A DNA stretch of 32,000 bases, taken from Promethearchaeum syntrophicum (lineage in GTDB: Archaea > Asgardarchaeota > Lokiarchaeia > Sigyniarchaeales > Promethearchaeaceae). Shown here piece after piece: positions 17,440 to 26,043 of the stretch. Within the stretch, counting starts at the first letter, position 1. Each line of letters opens with the position of its first letter. Where the stretch lies: NCBI RefSeq assembly GCF_008000775.2, contig NZ_CP042905.2, positions 3,540,001 to 3,572,000 on the forward strand, read 5' to 3'. The position numbers and the translations under genes are program-made. The notes under the pieces were generated by a model. That model ran no database searches and was not told the DNA's origin. It saw only the letters and a list, made by a program, of their open reading frames with translations.

Positions 17440-18954
17440 TTAGATTAGTAAAGCAATTATCAATGCAATTACATGAATTCCCAACAAAATACAAGTTCTC
17501 AGGATGAAATTTTTCTTATTTGGGGGGGAGCGTGTAGTTTTTTTTATTTTTTTTATAATTTTTTTTAACATATGTTTCAAAGAATGACTCCCAGGAATTT
17601 CTAAATAGCTGCTTTTCACTTCTTTACCTGAAATACACAGATGAGGATTTGGTATTGCCCAATAATAAATAAATATCAGGAATATCAACATGCAAAATAA
17701 GATTTTTAAGATATTATCAAAAACTATAAGGGGGTTAGAGAAATCAACATATTTCCACCCCAAGATGGCTTCAAATGTTGATAAATAGACAAGAACCACA
17801 GTCAATATAACATCAATGATTTCAAATTTCCGAAATGATTCAATTACGCGAACATCTTCCACTTGATCTAGTATTTCAGCATGAATTTTCTTTCCAAACT
17901 GTTTTTTGAATTTCAGTCTTTTTGTTTTTGAATCGAAATTTAAAGAAATACTATTTGCAAAATCAAGATTATATCCCTGGACTACTATCAAAATCCCATA
18001 AGTTGCAGCAAGTCCTGAAAATGATTTACTAAAGAGGATTTCAAAACTTAAAGAAATAACTGCTGTCAATATAAGAGTGATACCTAAAACCAAGCGAAGA
18101 TAGTTTTTTTGAGATTTTAATGCTATATTAGATGATTCAATAGGTATTTCACCGTTTTTTTCAAGTAACAATGCATTATAACGATCAATATCTGGTTTAT
18201 TTACGACATCAGATTCTTTTTGAGGAAAATCTAATAAATCTATTATGGAGTTTGTAAATTTTTCTTTAGATAAAAGAGGAGCAATCCAAGAACCATAGAT
18301 TTTATCCGAGCTTGAGAATTCAACAAAACTTTGAGGAAATACAACCAACAAACCTAAAGCAATGAAATTTCCAAAGGCAGTTAGAATCATCATAGTAGGT
18401 AATATTTCATCTACTGCGCGATGTTCACCAAAGAGAGCAAAGCCGAAATTTAAAATAGTAATACTCATTGGTATTAAGAGAAAATACCACAATTTTTTTG
18501 ATCCTAAGTGATTATTTCGAATCCGTGATTTAGTGATATCAATTTTCTTAAATTCAGTATAAAAGGGAAATATCAAGCGTTTTTCATGGTAATAAAAAGA
18601 TGATTCTGACACAGATTTCGATATCTCACATTTATAGATAGATAAAATCGCAAATAATATCAACCATAATCCAATTAAAAGTGGTACAAGACCTACGGTA
18701 TAGAAAAAGGAGATCCCACCTAAGAAAACAGCACTACCTTGACCAACATATACCCCAATATTTTCTTCATTTTGATGTCCGATAAGATGCCCTAAAAGAA
18801 AATAGTCTGCAAGACCAAATCCCAATAAAATAAGACCTGCTACAAACCGACTCCATGCAAAAGAATAGAAAACCGTTGGTTTTTCAAACTTATTCTGAAT
18901 TTCTTTGGGTTTTTTAAGAGTGATATAGTTTTCCCGAGTTTTTCTTTGTTCCAT
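17440..18954 (-). CDS. Hypothetical polytopic membrane protein (9-10 TM) with internally duplicated TM-hairpin / short soluble insert modules
   Basis: 504 aa. The start codon directly abuts the upstream stop (TAAATG at 18952-18957). Two soluble inserts flanked by TM hairpins share a K-R-L-x-F strand: HEKRLIFPFYTEFKKIDITKSRIRN and KTKRLKFKKQFGKKIHAEILDQVEDVRVIE. Confidence 0.65.
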   Translation of the reverse strand: MEQRKTRENYITLKKPKEIQNKFEKPTVFYSFAWSRFVAGLILLGFGLADYFLLGHLIGHQNEENIGVYVGQGSAVFLGGISFFYTVGLVPLLIGLWLILFAILSIYKCEISKSVSESSFYYHEKRLIFPFYTEFKKIDITKSRIRNNHLGSKKLWYFLLIPMSITILNFGFALFGEHRAVDEILPTMMILTAFGNFIALGLLVVFPQSFVEFSSSDKIYGSWIAPLLSKEKFTNSIIDLLDFPQKESDVVNKPDIDRYNALLLEKNGEIPIESSNIALKSQKNYLRLVLGITLILTAVISLSFEILFSKSFSGLAATYGILIVVQGYNLDFANSISLNFDSKTKRLKFKKQFGKKIHAEILDQVEDVRVIESFRKFEIIDVILTVVLVYLSTFEAILGWKYVDFSNPLIVFDNILKILFCMLIFLIFIYYWAIPNPHLCISGKEVKSSYLEIPGSHSLKHMLKKIIKKIKKTTRSPPNKKNFILRTCILLGIHVIALIIALLI

Positions 18955-20538
18955 TTAAATACCTCCTATATATCCATAATAGACTAATATCCAATAGGGT
19001 AAACTAAAGGAAGCCCCATGATATTGTGTTATTGTTTGGGAATTGTTATATTGACGGCCCCCTTCCTCTGTGAATGGATTTTGATTCCATACAATTTTAT
19101 TTGGACGGAACATTTCAATTGTTGCAGGTTTTAAATATCTAGTTTTAAACACCCCATCCATTAAACCGTAGGTTACCCATTGATACATTTTTCCTAATGG
19201 ATTAACATCAACGAAATTCTTCCATTTGGCGATATTCGGATCCACTTCTAACCAATCGGTACCCTTTTCCTCTCTTGAAATAGTTTTATTTAATCCTCCA
19301 AAGGTTGTGTCATAAGGACATAAATCAAATTCTACAAAACGCCAGAGCTGGTCTTTTACATCCCATGCAACCTTATCCAGATCATAATCCGGTTCAATAT
19401 TCACACTACGCATCTTACACATAGCAAGATACACTGCGTTAAGAAATGCATTACGATGCCCTTTAAAAGCGGGGTGTGTTGATTCTTCATAATTATTAAC
19501 GTAAATATCAATGATATCTTGATTATCCTCCACCAACATTAACCCAAAAATAACACAGAGTTCAAAATAATTAGAGTAGTAGTTGTCTATTAAATCAGAA
19601 TCACCGATACTCGGATATTTGGTAATATACCTTTCAGTAACTAAGTAATAATTATAGAGTTGTTTATAGCGATCGTTTTCAGGATAAGCTATTGTAGCCA
19701 TTTTCATAACCAATAACTTCCATTGCCCTTGAGTCGGCCATTGAAAGTGGACACCATTAGGTTTTCCATCTCCTGACATTTCCATCCAATAAGATTTTAA
19801 CATTCCTTCAGTAAATTGCCCAATTATTAATTTGGTAATATTTTGAATATAAGGATTATCTACAAGTTTTAAGCAAGCAGCGATAGCCATGAAATACCCT
19901 GCTAATTCATCCTTTGAAGTATATAAACGGCACCTCCATTGAGAATATCTTCCTGTTCCGTTAAAATGCCTAAAATATTCGTCAAAAAGCCAAGTATAAT
20001 TTCCATCATTTCTTTTTTCAGGGGGAGCGTAAAAACGGGCAATTGCAGTTCCAGGAAATTTTGGACCCAAACCCCCATTAGGAACTTCTATTAACATTTG
20101 TAACCCTGTGAGCATTTTTTTAATTAATCTTAATGCATCATCTTTTTCAGTCCCAGCAAGAAGAGAAGCATATCGTAAACATGTAGCAGTTAGCGCTTCA
20201 GACGTATGTAATGCACCATTATCGTCGGAATGGTATAATAAGGGTTTACCGGTTGTAGCATTAAAGGTTACAACCTGTGAGAGATTAATTGGAATATGAT
20301 ATTCTTCCTGCAAATACTCAAATTGATTAGCTATTGAGCGCAACTCAGTTTCATTCATATCTTCAAGGGGATAAAATTCATCAGTAGACGGCTCTACTTC
20401 GTAAATATATGAGGTTAACTCCCCTACCATATAGAAATAGAAACTAAAATAACTTGCAATTAGAATTATCGGAATTAATACCAGAGCAGTAATCAGCACT
20501 GTATTTCTTTTGATATGTTTCATTTTTTGTATTCTCAT
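18955..20538 (-). CDS. Hypothetical N-terminally anchored extracytoplasmic protein (family not recognised)
   Basis: 527 aa. A single N-terminal TM (VLITALVLIPIILIASYFSFYFY), then a Trp/Tyr-rich, largely helical-looking region. No catalytic motif recognised. Confidence 0.65.
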   Translation of the reverse strand: MRIQKMKHIKRNTVLITALVLIPIILIASYFSFYFYMVGELTSYIYEVEPSTDEFYPLEDMNETELRSIANQFEYLQEEYHIPINLSQVVTFNATTGKPLLYHSDDNGALHTSEALTATCLRYASLLAGTEKDDALRLIKKMLTGLQMLIEVPNGGLGPKFPGTAIARFYAPPEKRNDGNYTWLFDEYFRHFNGTGRYSQWRCRLYTSKDELAGYFMAIAACLKLVDNPYIQNITKLIIGQFTEGMLKSYWMEMSGDGKPNGVHFQWPTQGQWKLLVMKMATIAYPENDRYKQLYNYYLVTERYITKYPSIGDSDLIDNYYSNYFELCVIFGLMLVEDNQDIIDIYVNNYEESTHPAFKGHRNAFLNAVYLAMCKMRSVNIEPDYDLDKVAWDVKDQLWRFVEFDLCPYDTTFGGLNKTISREEKGTDWLEVDPNIAKWKNFVDVNPLGKMYQWVTYGLMDGVFKTRYLKPATIEMFRPNKIVWNQNPFTEEGGRQYNNSQTITQYHGASFSLPYWILVYYGYIGGI

Positions 20539-20675
20539 TTAATCACCCATTATTTATTTTTAACAATTAGATCTTTGCTTTTTGATTTTAAAATTGCTTC
20601 CTTTGTTTTGAGAAAAATGAGTTATTTGAAAACAAAAAACTTAAGAAACTTTAATCTAAATCACTATCGGGATAA

Positions 20676-22274
20676 ATGTCTATAAATCTTGAAAAAAACA
20701 AACCATCCAAAGCAAATTTTAGAGTTCTTAATCAGATATTATTATCTCTTGTTTTTTTTTCGATCTTAATAATTGAATTTGTATTATTTATTGATTTTTC
20801 CGGGGATAATTTCTTTCCAGGAACTAAATTTGATTTTTTCGGAATTGAAATGGCAATTTTACCAATTTTAATCATTGTTTGCTTATTTTTAACAAGTGTT
20901 TCAACCATTGGATTAATATTTTCACTGAAAATAATTGTAAGTGGAAAAAAAAAGAGTGAAATAAAAAGATATAAAGCTCCAATAATTGCATTTTTTCTTA
21001 TTTTGGGAATAGGATTGATCAGTTTACAATATTATTATCCTATTTGGCCTGGAGATCTCGGGATACCCCCGAAATTTGGACCTTATATTGGATTATATGG
21101 AGAAAATGATATGATTATTTCTTGGGATTGTAATCAGGAAGAAACATTCACATTGCTTTGGGGTACCGAGATGGATAATTTATCAAATGAAAAATTATCA
21201 TCCATTCAAAATTGGATTGATAATGATAAAATTTTTCACCACACAGTAATTTTTGATTCTTTAAATTCAGGAAATGATTATTATTATAGCATCCCTCAAT
21301 TCTCTAAAGAAATATATAGTTTCAAAACTGCACCTTCTTTCGATTCTGGTGAAAATGTGGTTTTTACAATTGTAGGAGATACGCAAGCAGGCTTTGCTAT
21401 CCCAAAAAAGAATATCAACCTAATGTTATCAGATCCAGATGGTTTAGATTTTACTTGTATAGCAGGAGATCTTGTTAATCGTGGAGATAAAATTAATGAA
21501 TGGGCACGTCTTTTTAACAAAAAAACCTATGGAAGAATTACAAGTTCTATCCCGTGGATGAATGCTCCTGGAAATCATGAAACATATTGTGAAAATGTAG
21601 GTTGTGGATTTCGCGAAAATTATAAGTTGTTTTTTCAATACGATTATCCTGGAAACAAGATTATTCTTAATGATACACCAGATTATGGCCTTTATTATTC
21701 CTACAATTATTCAAATGTTCATATGATTGCTTTAGATAATTTTCAGAATGAGACATATACTCGATCTCAAGGAAAATCGACAGGATCTTCCTTTACTACC
21801 GCGCAACTTGAATGGCTTGAAGATGATCTTTCAAGAAATAGTGATATGTGGAAATTTGTTTATTTTCATGTACCTATGTTTTCAATGGCAGATTCTGGAC
21901 CAAATATTGACATTATTAATCAACTTGAGCCAATTTTTGAAAAATATCAAGTGGATGCAGTATTTTCTGGGCACGATCATTACTTTGACTCGTTTTTAGT
22001 TAATAGCACTTATCATTTTGTTGTTGGAGGAGGAGGTGTTTCGATAGAACCAATGATGGATCAAGAAAAATTCGGTGATTTAGCTTGGTTAGATTCTCAA
22101 TTAAATGTTAGTGAAACAGAGGGTCAATTTGATCAGGTTTTTGGTAGCGAATATCAGTTATTTGGAGAATTATGCAATCATTATTTGAAAATAAAAGTCC
22201 AAGGAGATACAGCAACATTCACAGCCATTCGTTCTTCTGATGGGAGCACAATTATTGAATATATTTTAGAATGA
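20676..22274 (+). CDS. Membrane-anchored calcineurin-like metallophosphoesterase (purple acid phosphatase-like)
   Basis: About 4 N-terminal TM segments, then a PAP-type N-terminal beta domain (ISWDCNQEETFTLLWG...YYYSI). The five metallophosphoesterase blocks follow: VGDTQ, AGDLVNRG, APGNHE, VYFHVP, SGHDHYF. Confidence 0.85.
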   Translation: MSINLEKNKPSKANFRVLNQILLSLVFFSILIIEFVLFIDFSGDNFFPGTKFDFFGIEMAILPILIIVCLFLTSVSTIGLIFSLKIIVSGKKKSEIKRYKAPIIAFFLILGIGLISLQYYYPIWPGDLGIPPKFGPYIGLYGENDMIISWDCNQEETFTLLWGTEMDNLSNEKLSSIQNWIDNDKIFHHTVIFDSLNSGNDYYYSIPQFSKEIYSFKTAPSFDSGENVVFTIVGDTQAGFAIPKKNINLMLSDPDGLDFTCIAGDLVNRGDKINEWARLFNKKTYGRITSSIPWMNAPGNHETYCENVGCGFRENYKLFFQYDYPGNKIILNDTPDYGLYYSYNYSNVHMIALDNFQNETYTRSQGKSTGSSFTTAQLEWLEDDLSRNSDMWKFVYFHVPMFSMADSGPNIDIINQLEPIFEKYQVDAVFSGHDHYFDSFLVNSTYHFVVGGGGVSIEPMMDQEKFGDLAWLDSQLNVSETEGQFDQVFGSEYQLFGELCNHYLKIKVQGDTATFTAIRSSDGSTIIEYILE

Positions 22275-22396
22275 TAATAATGTATTTTTATTATTTCTAT
22301 TGACATTTTTCTTTGATTTCTATATTAAATAAATAAATTTCTTTTGAAAAAAGATATATAAATTAATTTCACCAAGATAGTAATACAAATTTAAAA

Positions 22397-23032
22397 TTGG
22401 TGAAAAATTTGGCAAAAACGTATGTAACAATTATGGGGAGTGTTTTTATAACACTATTGCTTGTTGGAGCTGGGGGATATTTTGGTCTTCCACTTCTGTT
22501 TCCTAATCTGAATGACGATTTAACTAGCTATTTAGAAGAAGAAGATTTAGAAGATTATACAAAAACTGAAGATCTAACTGATGATGGAATTTTATTACAG
22601 ACAAAATATAATGAATCGCAAATTGGTGCTACTATTCAAAGTTACGATCTTGTTTATGAAAAAATACCGGATCCAGAACTAAGTATAACTACAGGTGGCA
22701 ATTCTAAATTGAGTGTTGCATTTGAAGGAGTGATTTTACAACAATTGGGAGCGAGTTTTGTTGGAAATACCATATATAATATAACACTTGATATATTAGG
22801 AGTCGAAAATCGAACAACTAATATATATTATACTTTGAATAGTGCATACGGAGCAACAATAGAGATCTCTAGGAATGTACATATTTCTTTTGAAACTGAT
22901 ATTTTATCTGCAGGAACTTATTCAATTGCACTTTTTTGGAAATCAACCATTTCACATCCTGCAGGACATTCAAATTTATATTTTATAACCGGATATCCTA
23001 GAAGTATTTATGCTCAGGAAATTGCTGGATAA
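22397..23032 (+). CDS. Hypothetical N-terminally anchored beta-rich surface protein
   Basis: 211 aa. TM anchor VFITLLLVGAGGYFGLPLL, an acidic linker, a beta-strand-like alternating region and several N-x-S/T sequons. The start is ambiguous: TTG 22397, GTG 22400, or the ATG at codon 13. Confidence 0.55.
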   Translation: MVKNLAKTYVTIMGSVFITLLLVGAGGYFGLPLLFPNLNDDLTSYLEEEDLEDYTKTEDLTDDGILLQTKYNESQIGATIQSYDLVYEKIPDPELSITTGGNSKLSVAFEGVILQQLGASFVGNTIYNITLDILGVENRTTNIYYTLNSAYGATIEISRNVHISFETDILSAGTYSIALFWKSTISHPAGHSNLYFITGYPRSIYAQEIAG

Positions 23033-23066
23033 GGGATAAAAACTGAAAAAAACTATTACCATTTTT

Positions 23067-24191
23067 TTATTTCTTTTTTTTAGTTTGCTTCTTCATGGCA
23101 TTTTGCACAAATGTGAAGAGTTTTTTTGCTTCAGGGTCATTTTCAAAGTGCTCTCTAACTGGAGTAAGTAATTTATCAAGATATTCAATAGCAGTCATTT
23201 TTAAATCAACGGGAGAGAGATTGCCATTTTCATACGCTACCTCCAACTCATTGTAAGATGAATATGATACATTACCGCCATATTTTTCGGGTCTTTTTAC
23301 TTTAAACTTATCGAATTTCTCAAAAATAATATATTTGCAATATTCCAGCACGGGATTTTCTTTTATCTCAGCGCTTGGGCACCAAGCTTTATTGATTTTC
23401 CGTTTAATTTCTGCTTTAGTATCAAGCATGAAGATAGCTGAATCAGGATTACTTTTACTCATTTTTCGAGCGATTTTTTTATCTAATTCACCCAAATCTG
23501 TTTCTGGAGGTTTTCCTAAACCCATTAACATATGGTGATGAATAGACATTGGTTTTTTAAAACCTAAAGGTCGCGCTACTTCACGGGCTAACATGTTAAC
23601 TTTTCTCTGATCAAGACCTAATTGACAAATGTCGGTCTTTAAAACAAAAATATCTGCACATTGCATCAAGGGGTATAATATTTGCGAGGATTGTTGAACT
23701 TCATCAGTATTTCTTCCCATAATTTGTCCGCAACGCAATATTCTATTAAGCGTTGTCATCATGGATATTTTTAAAACCAATTGCCAATAATCTGGATCTT
23801 TTACTAATTCTGAAGCATAAACAAATTCAATATTCTTAAGATCCATTCCACAAGCTTTCCAAACTTCAACAAAATAATCCCCAACCTTTTTAATTACCTT
23901 AAGGTCTCCACCGAATTTTTGATTAGCAGCAGCATGCCAATCAGCCACATACATCACAAATTTAACTCCCGATCTTGTCAATTTATTTATGTTTATTGCG
24001 CGCATTAGTCCTTGAGCAATGTGAATTCGACCAGATGGTTCAAATCCGTCATAAGCAATAATTTCTCCAGGCTTTCGATTTTCGAGCAACCATTTTAATT
24101 GCCCATCATCTTCGATAATCTCGCCACCTTTTGCTACGGATTTGATTGAATCCAATTTTTCTTGCAAAGAGAGTTCTGGGTTTTTTACCAT
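23067..24191 (-). CDS. tyrS: Tyrosine--tRNA ligase, archaeal long form (Pyrococcus-type)
   Basis: Class I motifs: GFEPSGRIHIAQG (HIGH-like) and KMSKS. Strong resemblance to remembered Pyrococcus-type TyrRS blocks: ADWHAAANQKFGGDL, LDQRKVNMLAREVA, HHHMLMGL, KINKAWCP, NPVLEY. The start is placed at ATG 24189-24191 (MVKNPELS...) rather than the tracked 24215. Confidence 0.9.
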   Translation of the reverse strand: MVKNPELSLQEKLDSIKSVAKGGEIIEDDGQLKWLLENRKPGEIIAYDGFEPSGRIHIAQGLMRAININKLTRSGVKFVMYVADWHAAANQKFGGDLKVIKKVGDYFVEVWKACGMDLKNIEFVYASELVKDPDYWQLVLKISMMTTLNRILRCGQIMGRNTDEVQQSSQILYPLMQCADIFVLKTDICQLGLDQRKVNMLAREVARPLGFKKPMSIHHHMLMGLGKPPETDLGELDKKIARKMSKSNPDSAIFMLDTKAEIKRKINKAWCPSAEIKENPVLEYCKYIIFEKFDKFKVKRPEKYGGNVSYSSYNELEVAYENGNLSPVDLKMTAIEYLDKLLTPVREHFENDPEAKKLFTFVQNAMKKQTKKKK

Positions 24192-24234
24192 AAAAAAAAA
24201 TGTAATGCTAAACAAATTAAGTTTTTCATATCTT

Positions 24235-25023
24235 TCATAAGTCTTTTTGGTAGAAAATTATCGTTCCAGATATGATACAGATAACTATAGGTATTGAATT
24301 GAATACGGCAATTTTCCAAAGATCTACAGTCCAAGTATCTAGAAGTATTGATCCTAAGTTAAAAATTAAACTAACGGGTGAATAGATAGATACCCAGGGA
24401 CCGACAAGAAACATAAAAACTAAAAAGAACCATAAGATTAAACTCGCGATCATACTATAGAGAGGTTTTGGAAAAATTACGGAAAACATAACTGCAAATG
24501 AAACAAACATTGTTAATATTAATGCAACTAATCCCAGAACACTCATAAATTGACCATAATCAAACAAAAATGGCACTAAATTTAATGCTTCGAAAAAACC
24601 TATAATTATCCCAAATGTCGTAGCATAGATTATAAACACCAATAAAATCTGTGAAACAAATTTTGATAAGACGTACTGCCATCGATTTACAGATTTACTC
24701 AGAAGTGAATCAGCAAGGCCTCCGATTTCTCCAGAAATGCATAAATCTGCGGGGATTGATGCCACCATTGTACCCAGAAATATAAAAATAGTGAGAACAG
24801 AATTAGTCGTCAGTACGATATCCGCGGTATTTATTGTATTAGACAATAAAACAAAAAAAATGACTAATATCCACAGTTTTTGGAAAGCTTGCTTAAAATT
24901 CCGTTTAATCTCATGCCAAGTAAGAGTAATAAATATTAAATTCTGGGATTTCGTTTTAATAAATCCAAATATTTTCTTAAAGGTTTTTTGTAATTCCGCG
25001 AAGAAATCCATTCGATTTTTCAT
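24235..25023 (-). CDS. ABC-2 type transporter permease
   Basis: 262 aa with about 6 TM segments, immediately downstream of and overlapping the ABC ATPase gene on the same strand. Confidence 0.7.
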   Translation of the reverse strand: MKNRMDFFAELQKTFKKIFGFIKTKSQNLIFITLTWHEIKRNFKQAFQKLWILVIFFVLLSNTINTADIVLTTNSVLTIFIFLGTMVASIPADLCISGEIGGLADSLLSKSVNRWQYVLSKFVSQILLVFIIYATTFGIIIGFFEALNLVPFLFDYGQFMSVLGLVALILTMFVSFAVMFSVIFPKPLYSMIASLILWFFLVFMFLVGPWVSIYSPVSLIFNLGSILLDTWTVDLWKIAVFNSIPIVICIISGTIIFYQKDL

Positions 25024-25966
25024 CCTCCAGTAATTTTAAAAAAGCGTTCTCTAAGTTTTCTGATCCAGATTTAAATGATATTAGTTCAGCGGGATCATTT
25101 TTGAACACATTAAAGATATGTGGCAAGGTTTTAGTGTAATTTTCTCGAGAATCAATCCCTACTTGAATGAAGTGTCTTTCGATATCGACAGCAATAACAT
25201 TCGGAATTATTTTCAATTTTTGAATTATAGAATCGGATTTCCCATCAATTTGTAGTTCTACAGAATTAGAACGTATTAATCTTTTTACTTCGGTTATTGT
25301 TCCGTTAAATATAAGCTTGCCTTCATTGATTATTCCAACATGAGTGCAAATGCGATCAATATCACCTAATATATGCGATGATAAAAAGACATTTTTTTCT
25401 CTATTTTTTCCAAGTTCAGTAATAAGATTCACAGTTGAAGCCCTTCCAATTGGATCTAGGCCCAACGTAGGTTCATCTAATATGAGCAATTTAGGATCAT
25501 TTATTAAACAAGCCGCAATACCAACCCGTGTGGTTTCTCCTGTTGAAAATTTCTTAATTTCTGAAGATGAGAGATTAAGGAGATCGATACTCCTAATTAA
25601 TTCAGTAATCCGCGGAATTCGAGTTTCTTTTGGGATTCCAAATATTTTTCCTACAAAATTTAAATATTTAATTGGTGACATTTTCTCAGGAAATTTTGGA
25701 TTGGTCGGTAGATAACCTATCTTACGTCTAAGTTTTGCTGAATCTTTCTTCATTTTTTCCCCTAAAACTTGAATCGATCCAGCTGATGGTTGGATTAATC
25801 CCAAAATCATTTTAATAGTTGTAGTTTTCCCCGCTCCATTAGGTCCCATAAACCCATAAATTGCGTTTGGAGGAACATCCAAATAGAGATCATTAACTGC
25901 GATTTTTTTCCGATTAAAAATTTTCGTTAAAGCTTCTGTATGAATTATGGAATCGATTTTTCCCAC
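24977..25966 (-). CDS. ABC transporter ATP-binding protein (ABC-2 subfamily type) with a C-terminal accessory domain
   Basis: Walker A GPNGAGKTT, signature-like FSTGETTRV, Walker B LLILDEPTLGLD, H-loop SSHIL, and a ~90-aa C-terminal extension. Confidence 0.9.
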   Translation of the reverse strand: MGKIDSIIHTEALTKIFNRKKIAVNDLYLDVPPNAIYGFMGPNGAGKTTTIKMILGLIQPSAGSIQVLGEKMKKDSAKLRRKIGYLPTNPKFPEKMSPIKYLNFVGKIFGIPKETRIPRITELIRSIDLLNLSSSEIKKFSTGETTRVGIAACLINDPKLLILDEPTLGLDPIGRASTVNLITELGKNREKNVFLSSHILGDIDRICTHVGIINEGKLIFNGTITEVKRLIRSNSVELQIDGKSDSIIQKLKIIPNVIAVDIERHFIQVGIDSRENYTKTLPHIFNVFKNDPAELISFKSGSENLENAFLKLLEDEKSNGFLRGITKNL

Positions 25967-26043
25967 CCTAATTCCAATATCTTACTTCTAAATTAAAAAG
26001 AGTTTGGATTAAAAAAAAATAAAAAATAATTTAAAGAACAAAA

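Noticed and set aside
20602-20636. Inverted repeat TTTGTTTT ... AAAACAAA in the divergent spacer between the 527-aa gene and the phosphoesterase gene.
   Set aside because: Only 8 bp, nearly homopolymeric and expected by chance in this composition. The similarity of CCTTTGTT to the arm of the 14738 repeat is too short to mean anything without genome-wide counts.
24192-24215. Eight extra N-terminal codons (MFSITFFF) on the TyrRS ORF.
   Set aside because: They are encoded by an A/T homopolymer-rich stretch that looks like promoter/leader sequence. Remembered homologous TyrRS proteins begin near the second Met (MVKNPELS...).
24977-25023. 47-nt same-strand overlap between the ABC ATPase and permease genes, and a non-canonical ABC signature FSTGE; considered as a frameshift or pseudogene.
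   Set aside because: Both reading frames are intact with complete motif sets. An internal Met (codon 5) or a non-ATG start can shorten the overlap. Signature variants of this kind are, to my recollection, common in ABC-2-type ATPases.
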